DNA from: Blepharisma stoltei ATCC 30299
Lineage: Eukaryota; Protista; Ciliophora
Assembly: GCA_965603825.1 (NCBI GenBank)
Contig: CBFDEM010000035.1
Span: 310,001 to 374,000, forward strand
Reading direction: 5' to 3'
Length of the DNA stretch: 64,000 bases
The translations under genes and the position numbers were made by a program. The notes beneath the pieces were generated by a model. It had not been told where the DNA came from, ran no database searches, and was given only the letters and a program-made list of their open reading frames with translations. Shown here piece after piece: positions 12,475 to 25,318 of the stretch; position 1 is the first letter of the stretch; the number at the start of each line of letters is the position of its first letter.

Positions 12475-14418
12475 ATGAGCTTCAACGCTGTCGACTATTA
12501 CAGAGCGAACTCCAAAAAGTTGATTACTAAAACGGCACGTGCCAATATCTATTTAGCCAGTTTTTTATGATACACTCCAGGCTTAAACTACCCAAGTCAA
12601 GCAGTCATCAAAGAAATCTTTAGTTTCACTCAAAATCAGCTAAAAGAAGCCGAAATTCAACTGACTGCCTGGAAGATTCACCCAAATATAATCAAAATCT
12701 ATTTTTGGGAACCCACAGAAAACGACACCCTCTCAATATATTTGGAGTATTGCGAAAAAGGTCTTGACAATGAATTAACACAGAGAAACCAAAACTGTGA
12801 CTGGTTTACAGGAGAATTGCTATTGAAACACTTTAAAAATTTGACCCACATTCTGAAGTCTCTCCATGAAAACAATATTACACATAGAGATATAAAACCG
12901 CACAATATTAGATATGACGAGTTCGGAAATTTAAAACTCGCTGATTTTGGGGAAAGTAAAATATTAGCAGGAAATGAAGAAAGCGAGTTTCATTCACTCG
13001 TAGGGACAGTGCCTTATTTTTCACCTGAAGCGCAATATAAATTAACCAATAAAGAATCTAGAATTTCAACAAGCCCATTGAAAGATGATGTTTATCAATT
13101 GGGAAGGACATTTTTCGATATGCTGATATGCAGGCTTGATCCGTATGATAATCAGCTTTCCTATGAAGACAGACTGAGCATTATGGTAGAAGTATGCAAC
13201 GAAAGAAACTATCCTAAAAATTTCATAGACATTATCCTTAAAATGACTGAGCCTAATTTTCATAATAGGATTTCAGCTAAAACTGCATATGATTTGCTTT
13301 CGAATATCATCATATCAAATGAGATCATACCATTTGAAATGCAAGATGAGATTGCTTTAGGCACTTATGAAGAAGATAAAAGTGAGCCAAATAATATCCC
13401 AGGTAGTGTCATTTCTAAAGAAAACAACGTAGATAGTGAAATTAAGTCAAGTAATTTCCCAGATATGAACATTTCAAAAGACAATGTAGATAGTGAAGAA
13501 GCTCAGGCTGAGCCCGCATACGACTATATATCAAATAGGTATCAAAGCAATAAAGTAGAAGAAACTAGCGAGGCTCAAGAAATAATCAAAAAGAACGAAG
13601 AAAGCAATTTGCCTAACGTTTATTCGACGCCAAAATTTGATAAAAAGCTTTATTTAGCAAGTGACTATGAAAGTGTAAGTTTCCGTTCCGATGAATTATT
13701 TGTCAAAAATGAGCTTAAAAACAAAAATTCAATATCAACTGCTGCATCTAATGAAATTGAAAATTTAAAAGAAGAAGAGCTGAGACGTTTGTCCTTAGGA
13801 ATTCCCTCTAATCCTGAACATATAACTAGACCTCCAAACTCACATGCTAACTCAGCAAATTTTGAAGGGTGGAACAAGCACAGCTCAAATTCTAACTTTC
13901 TATCAGATAAAACCAAAAAACTTGCTAACAATGAGAAATTGAACTATGATCAAACTAAAACTCCCAAGAGTAAAGCGAATTCAATGGCATGTGATATATG
14001 TAAATTAATGACTAAAACTGAAACTATTATTACAACTCCTTGTGGGCATAATTACCATCATCTTTGCTTCAATGAAAAAATTGGAAACTCGATTAAGCAC
14101 AGTGACAAATTATGTAATATCAGATGCCAGATCTGCCATTGCAGCCTTACATATAAATTCTTAGAAAGCAATATCACTGAAATATTTTATCCTGATATTG
14201 CTAAGCGTCTTTGCCTATTGAATTTTAGTGAAGTCAGCATAGACTGCCCTTTTTGTAAAACGCCCACTAAGAATAAGCTTATTAATGAGAAATTAAAGAA
14301 TAAGACAGTTCGATGTCCTAAATGCAGAGGAAATTTTTGTTCGTTTTGTAGTTACACTGGTGGCCATAGGAAATGTAAGGAACTATTAAAGGTTTTGGAA
14401 TCAAAATCATTGTTTTAG
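12475..14418 (+). CDS. Ser/Thr protein kinase with C-terminal RING and IBR-like zinc fingers
   Basis: ATG 12475 in frame via TGA. AVIK, HPNIIK, HRDIKPHN, DFG, GTVPYFSPE, DVYQLG; C-terminal CDIC..CGHNYHHLC..CQIC then CPFC..CPKC..FCSFC..H..C. Confidence 0.88.
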
Positions 14419-14560
14419 CATCGATTATAATGCAAATATATTGTTTTATTGCTAAAAATGTTTAAATGATAAATTTATATTATTCTTAAATTTATTAAAT
14501 TATTTTAAATAAATTTTTATAGTATGTATTCTTTATTAAAAACAATTTTTATTTTATAAA

Positions 14561-15388
14561 ATGGATAATCCGTCTGAAAATTTAACTATGATCGAACATG
14601 ACAGTGTCGAGTCAAAAAATGCCTCATTTTCAGTTAACCTTAATTTACCCCCATCTGATTCTTCTGATAGTCGGAGCTCCCAAGAAAGCAGCAGCAGTGG
14701 TGAGGAGGAATCAGAAAGCCAAGTTCAACAGAAATGAAAATTCTCAATAGTGCTAATGAAAACAATTTTAGAAACCTTGCATGGGGTAATCCGTGCAAAA
14801 TTGAGGATTGCAAAAGCAAAATACTTTTATAAATGAAGGAAAATGCCAAAAATCGATCATAAGCCTTTAATTGCTTTGAAAATTAGAAGCAAAGTCCAGA
14901 TTCTACTTAATGTTTTTAATTCATATTGAAAAAGAAGGATTTCTTCTGCCTTTATAAAGTTGGAAGAGCAAAATCTTGTATATAAAATCAGTGAGGATAT
15001 TGAAATAAAATCAAAGGAGACAGAAAAAAAATTTAAGCAAAGACTAAAAGAAGTAAGTGAAGCAGCAAATAAAATTTACCATAAGCAAGAAAAGCTTGAA
15101 AAGAAATCTAATGCTTGCTTTCAGCAGGAAAATCTATATAAAAAAACAATAAAAAGCTTAAATGCAGAGTATCTCAGAGAAAGGGAGATTATTTCAAAAA
15201 TCGATTCAGACAAGCAAAGTTATAGTATCTTGACAGCACTAGAAGTGGAGAATCAGCAACTTAAAAGTGATTTAGAGGATATTGAGAGCAGAGTTGTTTC
15301 TTTTTTTGATGATTTGTCAGGAATGATTGACAGCCACCAGGCAAGAGTTTGGGTGAAATCAAACAAAACAGGATCTGTTAAGTTATAA
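14561..15388 (+). CDS. Hypothetical coiled-coil protein with Ser/Glu-rich N-terminus
   Basis: ATG 14561 is in frame with track ORF 14960-15388 through three TGA codons; K/E heptad-like C-terminal half. Confidence 0.75.
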
Positions 15389-16067
15389 AAAAAATTGAAG
15401 TTACTATATTGTTGAAAATAAAACTTTCGAAAAACATATTGGCACTTCATATAAAATTAATCACAATAAGTATTATTTAATTTCTCATTGCGTTTGATGA
15501 AGTTTCTGTAAGGGTATCGTTGATATATTTGCATGACTTAGTAAAATATGAGATGAATAAAATAGATTCACTTGAGCACAACTGATCTCTTCTTTGATCA
15601 AAGCACATTCAACAAATTCTTACTCAGTTGCTTCTAATGATAGAATGCTTGACTTGGAAAATCCCGTAGCCCATCTCCACTTTGGAATTAAGGGTTTTAG
15701 CCTTATGCCTTTTAAAAATAATACATTAAAAGGTGGGTAAAAGTACAATTTAAGCAATATTTTTAATTTGATAATTTTCAAAGAATCTCGAAGTATATCA
15801 GGAAAATATGATTTTGTTTAAATGCCGTTATAATTTTATTTAACGAAAGTTTGTGTGAATTTATTCCTTATAGTTAAAATGTGATGTTGAATATTTTTTA
15901 TAAGTTGTTTTAAACCTTTTATGTGCTGCTCATAAGTTTATTATTTAAAATTTTGATTTTTTGATTTTGTTGCTCCAGTAATATTATGCAATTGACTTAA
16001 TAATCTGTGGATTTTCTTTTTTTTTTAAGGATAATGAAACTATTTTGATTAAATTTAAGATTTTAAG

Positions 16068-16469
16068 CTAAGAATTATTGGAGCTCATATACTCCTTAAT
16101 GTAGCAAGCTTCGCATTTCCCCTTTGCATAATGCTTCCTCTCAACATGCTTGCAGCTCCATGCGTTCTTTTCTCTTCCGAAACGATGATAGCAAGCATTG
16201 CACATATTCCTGGCGTAGTGCTTTTTATATATATGAGGGCAAGCTGTGATCTTTTTAGGTCTTCTGTGCTTCTTTTTAGGCTTCTTTTCACTAAGTGTGG
16301 CTGAAACTTCATTACCAACACTAGCTTGTTGTAATCCGAATGGTGAAGGAAGGAGAAAGTTTTCAGAGACTTCTGGAATCTGATTTTCTGTGCGTAGAAG
16401 TGAAAACATGTTAGAAAATATGTTGAAATTGTTCTCAGAACAGCAAGAAATGCCAATGGTTTTATTCAT
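16068..16469 (-). CDS. Small basic protein with two Cys/His repeats (putative zinc-binding)
   Basis: KKPKKKHRRPKK followed by CPHIYKKHYARNMCNACY and CKHVERKHYAKGKCEACY; the true start may be an internal Met. Confidence 0.75.
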   Translation of the reverse strand: MNKTIGISCCSENNFNIFSNMFSLLRTENQIPEVSENFLLPSPFGLQQASVGNEVSATLSEKKPKKKHRRPKKITACPHIYKKHYARNMCNACYHRFGREKNAWSCKHVERKHYAKGKCEACYIKEYMSSNNS

Positions 16470-16944
16470 TTATTATAAGGACTATGTATTCTAAATATGA
16501 TTATTGCGTCACTTTAGGACAGTTTTTTATTATTAGTTAAAAAATATTAACTCGTCATTACTGATTGTTTTTATTTGATATTTTTAGACGTTTGCCGTCT
16601 CAATTCAAATTCTGTCTTCACTGCTAATTTCAGTATTTGGCATCACAATGCTCCATTTTTTTGGTAGTCCTGCAGAGGTTTGGTAAAAAACAAAAGGATC
16701 AATTTTTTGTAAAATTTTAGAACTTTATGAAGAATATTTTAAAATTATTCGGAAATTGTGGGTAATTTTAAGTGTTGTGGCGATATGAATAATAAAATTA
16801 ATAGTCCTATTATATCTTATTCTTTATTTTTTAACCAAGATTGCCAGGATTATGATTTCATTTCTTTAGGAAATTAAATGCGAGCTATTAATTTTAGGGA
16901 TTTTAAAAATTACTTGACTAAGTTTTAAGGAATAATATTGATAG

Positions 16945-18072
16945 ATGGAGATGAATAAAGAACAGAATTTTGAATCAAAATGTCATGGAAAAGTGCTATT
17001 ACTTGGAGGATATCTGATTTTATTCAAGAAATACTACGGCTGAGTAATATCCTCATCTCCTTCTATTAAAGCTACTATTATTATGTCAGAATCTGCTAGC
17101 CACAACAAAATCACTGTAGTGTCAAACCAGTTTTCATATGAAGCACAATTTGAAATGATTCCTTTCAGTAAAGTTTCAGGAGAATGGAATCCGTTTATTG
17201 CTGAGTCCTTAAATGTTGTATCTTTTATCGCATCTATTATGAATTGTGGCTATTTATTATCATCAAAGTCTTTTCTTCTTGAAATTAATGCCGATCCAGA
17301 ATTTTACACCTCTGGGAAAACTGGACTTGGGAGCTCCTCAGCCTTGATATGCTCAATAATTTCTGCATTTTTTAATTATTTACAAATTTCAGATGAAAGA
17401 ATACTTCACTTCACATGCCAGCTTGCAAATTCTCGCGCCCAAAAGAAAATCGGTAGTGGGTTTGATATTGCTGCGGCATTATTTGGCTCTCAACTTTACT
17501 CAATTAAGGAATCTGACTTATTAAAATCTCTCCTAAACGAAACAATCAACGACATTACTGTCCAAGAGCTTCAAGAAGAAATAAGTAATACTGTATGAAG
17601 CACGCCGGTAAGAAGAATGGAGCTCCCTTCTCATTATCATTTAATTCTCTGCCAAGGTGGGGAAGGAACTGACACACGGTCTTTTGTAAGGAGCTTTCAT
17701 AGCTGATATGAGTCTGATATAGAGAATGGAAAGCAAAAGATGGAAGAATTATTTTGTATTGTTCAACAGTCAGTCAAGTTATTTATTGACCAAAATAGAG
17801 CGGAATTAAGGAAATTGTCAAGAGAACTCAGAGATTTCTGGTTAAGAACTAGCGAAGCTATAGGCGTAGAAATTATGCCAAGCAATATTTATAGTTTACT
17901 TAATGAAGTAACAGACACATGTGAAGATGTTGTATTTTCATGTGTTCCTGGAGCTGGAGGATATGATGCATTTTATTTCATAGTAGAAAAACCTACCTAT
18001 GAAGAGGCCACAGAATATCTAAGTAGCCATTTCCCAAATCTTTTAATAATACCTGCACAAAAATATCCATAA
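16945..18072 (+). CDS. ERG8: Phosphomevalonate kinase, ERG8 type (GHMP family)
   Basis: GKVLLLGGYLIL, KTGLGSSSAL, AQKKIGSGFDIAAA, VPGAGGYDA; one frame with TGA=Trp. Confidence 0.9.
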
Positions 18073-18103
18073 AGCTAATAAATTAGATTTACTTTTAATA
18101 TTT

Positions 18104-21100
18104 ATGGCAGAACAGGTCAACATCCTTTCAAAGGAATTTTGGATGCCAGACTCTTCTTCAAAGATGTGCTCTAATTGTGAAAAACCTTTTACATCAATCA
18201 GAAGACGGCACCACTGCAGATATTGTGGATTTTTATTTTGTTCGAATTGTACAAGATCTAAGAGAATTCTTCCCGATGGTGTTCAAATTTTAAGAGCTTG
18301 CGAGCCTTGCATAAATGCTTTGTCTGCACCAAAAAGACCATCAAGAACTTACCTGACTCGGCAAATGACTATTCATAAAGTTCAAGACCCCTCTAAAGCT
18401 GTAGGACAAAATGAGCAAGAGCAAGAAACATTGCAAGAAAAAATCAAGGAAGCTGAAGTCCAAATCAAAGAACTAAATGTGATAGATTTGCTAGGCGAAA
18501 TGAATAGCATGAGTGGAAGTGAATATGAACAATACACAAATGATTTTATGGAATTGAGGACAGAAGCAGTTTTAAGAGAACTTGAGCTTGGACTTGATAA
18601 AAAAGAAATGATTATTGAGTTGGTTAAAAAGGTCGTAGAAACCATTTGCCCATCAACACAATTTAGAGATGACTTAATGGATTTGAGCTCATATATTAAA
18701 TTTGTTATGGTTGAATCTGCAGATACATCTTTGACAGAATTTGTAAGTGGAGTTATAATTAAACAAAATGATGCGAAAAGGCTTGAAACGATAGATAATC
18801 CAAAAATTTTAATGCTACTAGGAATGGACAATGAGCAAAATATTGAAAATAATATTGATGCAGAAGAAAAGCAGGCTGGATTAGATTCAAATTATTCAAG
18901 AATGGTAATTAAAAGGATCCAAAGTATAAGACCAAACATAATTCTGCTTGAAAAGTCCCTCAATAAATCAACTGTTCAGGAACTTGAGAAATTAGGAATT
19001 ACAATTCTAATGAATTTAAAGCCAAAACAATTAGATTTAGTTGCAAGAGTTTTAGGAGGAAAGGTGCTTGAATCTGTATATCATTCTTCATTTTTGGATT
19101 TATATTTAGGAAACTGTACAGAATTTTCCTCTAAAAAATTGGAAAACGATCGGTATGTTTACTTTTCAGGCCCAAAATACTCATCAATTGGAGGTTCCAT
19201 AATACTATCAGACACTAGCAAAAAAATATTAAAATCAACAAAAATGGCTCTTAAAAGACTCTTAAATGAGTATAGACACATTAAATTAGAAACTCAATTT
19301 TACTTACAAGCAAACATAAAGCCTTTTTCCAACATTTTTTTGAGTATGCATAATATGAATGCTAATTTTATTTATTTATCCATTAGCAGAAACCAGATTT
19401 GCCGAAAATCAAACTTATCAGGATTTTTGTTCTATGGAATTGATGACCAGCCCCTTGGTGAATTTTTAACGGCAATTAGCCAAGAAATAGATGAATACTG
19501 CGACTATGGCTGTGGAAACTACCTTAAATCTCATACTTATTATTTTGTGAAAAGCAATGGTAGAGTTAAAATTTCTTTTTCAAAAGTGATTAATTCCGGC
19601 GTCGGTGATGAAATTAAAATGTTTATTTCTTGTGCTCACTGTAAAAGTGATGAAGAAAACCCTATCAATGTGAGCAGGTCTATATGGGAATTATCTTTTC
19701 ACAAATTTATCAGCAACTTTTTGCTTAACCAGTATATAACTCAAAAGAAATGCAGCCATGATTTATATAAATCTCATAAATTTATTTTTCTTTTGGCTTC
19801 TGCGAGAATAAGCATGATTTGGGAAGAAAATCATATGTATGAGCTTGTTCCTCAAAATTATAACTGTGAGGCACCAGCTGACCATGATAGAGAGGCTGTC
19901 GAAATTTTATTTAATATGCTGAAAGAAAACGGAATGCTAATTTTGAATTTTTTGCATAGTTTCATATGTGAGCTAATTGAAAAAATTAATAAAGATAAGC
20001 AAGAAGACCAAGAAGAATGGAATGAAATGTATAAAAAGAGTACAGCTATTAAAGAAGAGATTGAACAGAGAAGAGACAAGCTGGAGAATACTGAAGTTAA
20101 TATCTGCAATAATTATTTTGCAATTGAAAAAGCTAAAAGAAGCTTGTTTCTTAAATGCTGTAATATGAAAGTGCAGTCAGAAGTAACAAGCAACAATGTA
20201 TTAAGGCTAAAATTAGGGTTTAAAACTGTAATTGCAGAATCAATACCAACTAGAGGGCCTAGATCTGACTCAGATCCTGCAATTTCAATGAAGCCTCTGG
20301 CTCTTCCACTTACTGTAGCTCCATTCAGTGAAAAAGATAAATTCCTAGACCATCCTGCCTTTACATTCTTGAAGCATGGGAACATGACATTACCTTTAGG
20401 GATTAATAAACAGTGCATCTCAGTTGAAGAAAAAGACAGAATGTCTATAATTGCTTACTCTTTAAATTCCGTACAATATCAAAAATATATGTCAGCATTT
20501 GCAGAAGATTTTAAAGAAACAATTGAAAATCAGCTATACATAAATGACCATTTTACATTCCATGCTTCAAATTATGAAGAAAATAATAGGAAAGATGATT
20601 TCAGGCGGCTTTATGGAGACCGAATATCAATTAGTACTACAGCGTATTTTCCTAAACAATTTGATGCTTTCAGGAAACTTTTATATGGCCAGAATTTCGA
20701 TCTAATTAACTCGATAATAAAATCAAAATTAGATGACGAATCATTCGGTCCCAAAAAATTTTTTATTTCACATGATCATCGATTTTTATTGAAATTAATT
20801 ACTGAGCAAGAATTTTTGATGCTTACCCAGCTTGCTCCAAATTATTTTCGTCATATTTATAGACACTTTTATAGAGAAATGCACTCAAGACTGTTAAAAA
20901 TTATTGGACTATATAAAGTAGTATTCAATAATCACTATTCTGGCTGAAGCAGAATTGAATACTTATGTTTAATGGAAAACTTGAGATACAGAATGCCATT
21001 GAATTCAGTTGTGTATGAGCTGAGAGGGACATCAAAAAAAGACCATAGGAATAGAAAAGGGGATATGACTTTTCTAAATGATTTTGATGGGCTTCCAATC

Positions 21101-21391
21101 AATTTATCTTGGGAGGAAAAACAAATATTAGACGCTGGGATTTGAAATGACTCTATTTTCCTATCAAAACAAAATATCGTGGACTATACATTGCTGGTTG
21201 TGATTTCCAGCGATAGAAAAGTCAATATTTCCTTGATTGATTATTTCCAACAATACACTCTGTCCCATGCGATAAAAAACAGTGGGATTAAAGAAGAATT
21301 AAACCCTCCATTACTGCCTTATACCTATAAAGAGCGATTTCGCATGCAAATAAGCCAAAGCTACTTTCTTTGTCCTGATAAATATAATTAA
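18104..21391 (+). CDS. FAB1/PIKfyve-like PI3P 5-kinase (FYVE, Cpn60/TCP1-like, PIPK domain with degenerate motifs)
   Basis: FYVE FWMPD..CSNC..RRRHHCRYCG..FC; chaperonin-like FVSGVII..IDNPKILML; SIIAYSLNS; YFPKQFDAFR; LMENL; IW(TGA)NDSIFLSKQNIVDYTLLV; IDYFQQYT. Confidence 0.88.
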
Positions 21392-21422
21392 TCTATTTCT
21401 CTTAAAATCATAAGCTATATAA

Positions 21423-21845
21423 ATGGCAAAAGGTGAGGCTAAGAAAACAGCTAAAGCAGTCCGCAAAGGAGAAAAAGAGCAAAAGCACAAAAGAGTCACA
21501 AGTGTCAGATTTAGAAGACCAGACACAAAGATTGTAAAAAGGACTCCAAAATACGCTCGCAAAAGCTTGCCAGGCAAAACAAGACTTGATAAGTTTTCTA
21601 CCATCACCATGCCTCTAGCAACTGAAAAGGCCCTTAAGACAATTGAAGATCACAACACGTTAGTATTTTTAGCGCACCCTATGGCTAATAAAAAACAAAT
21701 TAAAGATGCTGCAGAGAAGCTTTACAACATCAAAGTAGCAAAAGTCAATACTTTGATAAGACCTGATGGGAAAAAGAAAGCTTTCATCAAAGTCACCCCA
21801 GATTATGAAGGGCTAGATATCGCTAACAAGATAGGCATCATATAA
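21423..21845 (+). CDS. RPL23A: 60S ribosomal protein L23a (uL23)
   Basis: [15 protein letters not shown]; [16 protein letters not shown]; ANKKQIK; [15 protein letters not shown]; IANKIGII. Confidence 0.97.
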   Translation: MAKGEAKKTAKAVRKGEKEQKHKRVTSVRFRRPDTKIVKRTPKYARKSLPGKTRLDKFSTITMPLATEKALKTIEDHNTLVFLAHPMANKKQIKDAAEKLYNIKVAKVNTLIRPDGKKKAFIKVTPDYEGLDIANKIGII

Positions 21846-21951
21846 GCTTAAATTATTTTCAAGTAAATAAATTCTCTGAATCAAGAAATATCGAAAAATA
21901 ATTATTAGGAGGCTTTGAAAATACAATAAATATTAATTGATTTAAACATTA

Positions 21952-22650
21952 TTATGTTATTCGATATTTACTTAAGCTTTTTTCAACCTTCATTGAAAGG
22001 GCAGGTCTTGATAATTTTCAAATTTTTCTCTTTTTTCGGCCTTGGCCGACTTCAAACATTTTTTGGAGCTCCACAGCTTCTTTTCTCATCCGTTCCTCTG
22101 ACAATTTTCTATATGGTTTTTTATAATTTCACTCATCTAATTCTTTCTGATTATTAATTGATTCTTGCAAATTTTTTCAAGAATTCGCATTTTCGATTGC
22201 TGTAAGCAAATTTGCCTTGCTCATGCTTTGCCTGACATTTTCACATCTGTTCACTATAGAATTTAGTGATGCTAATTTTTCAACTGAGCTTGAGTGGTAC
22301 CTATTTCTTTTAAATGGGTTTGTTTTTTTAAAGTTTTTTGCACTGCTTTCAAAGTTTGAGACCTGTGAGGATGTTTCAAATAAAGAAGAAAGCTCATATC
22401 TAACTGAATTCCGCTTGAATAATTTTTTAGCTTCTAGAGAATCAATATCTTTGATTGTATATCTTCTTGGAGGTGACAGCAAAACACTTTTGCTGCGTTT
22501 AAAATCACTTTGGTTTGGGCTGTCATTAGCTATATGATTGATTTGCATACTTTTATTAACTGCAAGTGCTGAATATGAAGTCAAAGGACTTTGTACATTT
22601 GAGGGTTTTATTTTGATTCTTTGTGATGATTTAGACCTGGCATTTATCAT
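21952..22650 (-). CDS. Hypothetical Ser/Lys-rich protein
   Basis: Track ORF 22177-22650 continues through TGA codons to TAA at 21952-21954. Confidence 0.7.
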
Positions 22651-22987
22651 CTGCGAATTATAATAGATAAATTCATTATTATTTATTTACATTCTTTTAC
22701 TTTCCATCTTCATCATAGCTCTACTTAGTAGTGGATTCATTATTAAATTCCTTAGAAGATTAACAACGGAAGATTTTTTATAAAATCCAGCATATCCCTT
22801 AAAGCTAAATGCCAAAAAATAAAGGCATAAATATAAGATAAAATTTGAACTTTTTTTTTGTAAATCGTAAAATTACTATATGTTAATTATGAATATATAG
22901 ATATTAACTCAAATTTAATATTGCTATTTTTTCATCTGAATTTAATATTTTGAGTGCATATACCCAATATTCCATAAATGGATAATT

Positions 22988-23452
22988 ATGCAAGCAATCA
23001 AAAGAATTCTTATAGGATTCTCAAAAAAGGAGTTCAAAGAGCATTGCTATTTATTTGGGAAAATAAGAAAATCTGCAATCAATGCTGAAGATTACGAAAA
23101 AGTTACAAATAAAATATCTCTCAATTTTATGTGAAAGGTATTTTCTTTATCGAGCTCGGCTTTTGTTGCGGTCTATTTTCATCCATTTTCATCGCTTCCT
23201 TATCCAATAGCATGAAATGGACTCCTTACTTTATCTCTCTATAGAATTTTGACTACAGAGCACAACTATAAGTCTTTTTGCATGGTAAGAGACATCAGTT
23301 TAAAGTATAATTTAAAAGGCAATCCGAACATGCTGAGAAGTGACGTAAAAGACCCATATGATTGAAGTTTCCAAAAAGAAGAACTCTCAAAATCTTTTGG
23401 ATCATACAAAGACAATGAAATAAAGCCTAAAAAAAATAATCGCAAAAAATAA
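22988..23452 (+). CDS. Hypothetical 154-aa protein with a central hydrophobic segment (absent from the ORF track)
   Basis: MQAIKRILIGFSKKEF...NFMW(TGA)KVFSLSSSAFVAVYFHPF..IAW(TGA)NGLLTLSLYRIL...KKNNRKK*; open only with TGA=Trp. Confidence 0.7.
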
Positions 23453-23582
23453 TAATGAGAGAAATTTGTCTAAGCTTAAAATAAGCTTAATTTAAATTTT
23501 CTGCCTTTATTAATAAAAATTTAAGGCAAATTAAGCTCTCAAAACAAAATGATTCTGAAATATTCTTCACCAACAAATTTAA

Positions 23583-24416
23583 ATGGCCGAAAATTGTAAT
23601 TATAATTGCATTAAGATGTCGATGAACTTGAGAACCGATCTCCCTTACCCGGAAGAGTTAGGAGAGCAATATCTTCCAGTTATCATGGAGGGTTTAAGAA
23701 AGCCAAACGAGCCAATTGATATTTCTCAGGCCCTGGCCTTTTTCGAATCAAAAACTCAACAGGATGATTCTGAAGGAAAGCATTGGGTCCTTCTTGGCCA
23801 CTGTTATTTTATAAAACAAGATTTGGATAGGTGTTATGCGACATATCAAAAAGCCCTTCACACTTTTAAAGAAGACATAAATCCTCAGCTTTGGTATGGG
23901 ATTGGCCTCCTTTATTGAAAGTTTGGAAATATAAAATATGCCGAGATAGCATTTTTGGCAACCCTTCGAATTTCACCAGATTTCGAAGAAAAAGGAATTA
24001 TTTACAGTAATTTAGGATCCATCTATAAAGCTCAAGGAAACTATGAAAACGCAGAGCATTACTATCAGAAAGCTTATGGGTGCAATACTTCTGATAATCA
24101 GCTAAAATCCCAGCTTCTTTGCCATCTTGGGCAATGCTTAGAACTTCAAAATAAAGCCCAAGAAGCAGTAAAAGTTTACAGAGAGTCAATTCGTGCTTGG
24201 AGAAATCAAGAAGCATTGAACTATTTAATCAACTTACATACAAAATTAAATGACTCAGAAAATGTAATTAGCAATTCGAAGCAGCTTATCAGCGAAAAGC
24301 CTGATAATACGATTTCAAGTGGTATTATTCAACCCATTCCGCAAGGCTACAATCCGTATATTATATCGCAATATATATATGCTTTATATTGCCTTCAAGA
24401 TCCAAAAATAGATTAA
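23583..24416 (+). CDS. Cyc8/Ssn6-like TPR protein
   Basis: WVLLGHCYF..DL..CYATYQKAL..PQLWYGIGLLYW(TGA)KFG...AE.AF...L...PDFE..IY.NLG.IYK matches Cyc8/UTX-type TPRs. Confidence 0.82.
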
Positions 24417-24922
24417 ATTTTATGATTATCACCATGTACAGGATTTGGTGTGGTGCCAAATTATAATGTAAATAGTTTATAAGCCAATATCGTTTTTTAA
24501 TGTCTTTAAGTAGTTTTCAGGTATAGAAAAACTTACAACTCTCAATTATTAAGAAACTGAATGCTGTTACAAAAATGGGAGGAAAACACAAATTAATTCA
24601 TTAAAAGACAGATAAGAAGCTAAAATAGGAGATATCAATAATCAGAAAAATCGCTAAATTGCATTCACCTATCAAATTATTAAATATAAAAGCTTATCCC
24701 TAATTCTGTTAGTTTAAGAATCAAATAGAAAATTTTGACCTTTATAGCTTATATATAAGCTATCTCAATTAGATAATTAACTTCAATAAGCAATAAAATT
24801 TGTTCTATTCATTGCCAAATCTAATTAAATATAATTTATTTTAATTTATTGTTTCCATTTATCTTAATTTCCATAAATTGCTTATATCTCTAGTTTCACA
24901 TAGATGATCGAGTTTAAATAAA

Positions 24923-25318
24923 TTAATTGCTTATAAGCTTTTTAAGCATTTCAATCTCCTGTCTAAGGTTTATGTTATCTTCTCCGAAACTTAGATTTTC
25001 AATAATTCCATATATGGTATCATTTTCTTCTAAATCGCAGGATTTTCTAGGGATAATATTTATATAAAGCCAAGGATTAACACCATCCTTAACTTCTATT
25101 GTAGTCGATGTACTAAAGTAATATTTTTCCAAAATTTTAGAAGCCCTTTGAACTGAGAGCCAAAGATCAAAACTTGAATCATTGCCTAATTGATATAGCT
25201 TAGATACTTGTTGCTTTGGGAAAATCAAGGAGTGGCCTGGGAGCACAGGAGATGGACATAAATAAGCAAGTGTGTGTTTTGTTTCAAGGTAAAGTAAATT
25301 CCTTGATATTTTTATCAT
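24923..25318 (-). CDS. FHIT-like HIT-fold protein with the histidine triad lost
   Basis: PVLPGHSLIFP..L..L...DLW..VQ...T....DG..IIPRK..DLEENDTIY; HxHxH is replaced by WLYIN. Confidence 0.82.
   Translation of the reverse strand: MIKISRNLLYLETKHTLAYLCPSPVLPGHSLIFPKQQVSKLYQLGNDSSFDLWLSVQRASKILEKYYFSTSTTIEVKDGVNPWLYINIIPRKSCDLEENDTIYGIIENLSFGEDNINLRQEIEMLKKLISN

Noticed and set aside
15478-15700. Minus-strand open frame of ~65 codons (MGYGIFQVK...)
   Set aside because: Short, no motif, and a competing frame is about as open; cannot support a gene call.
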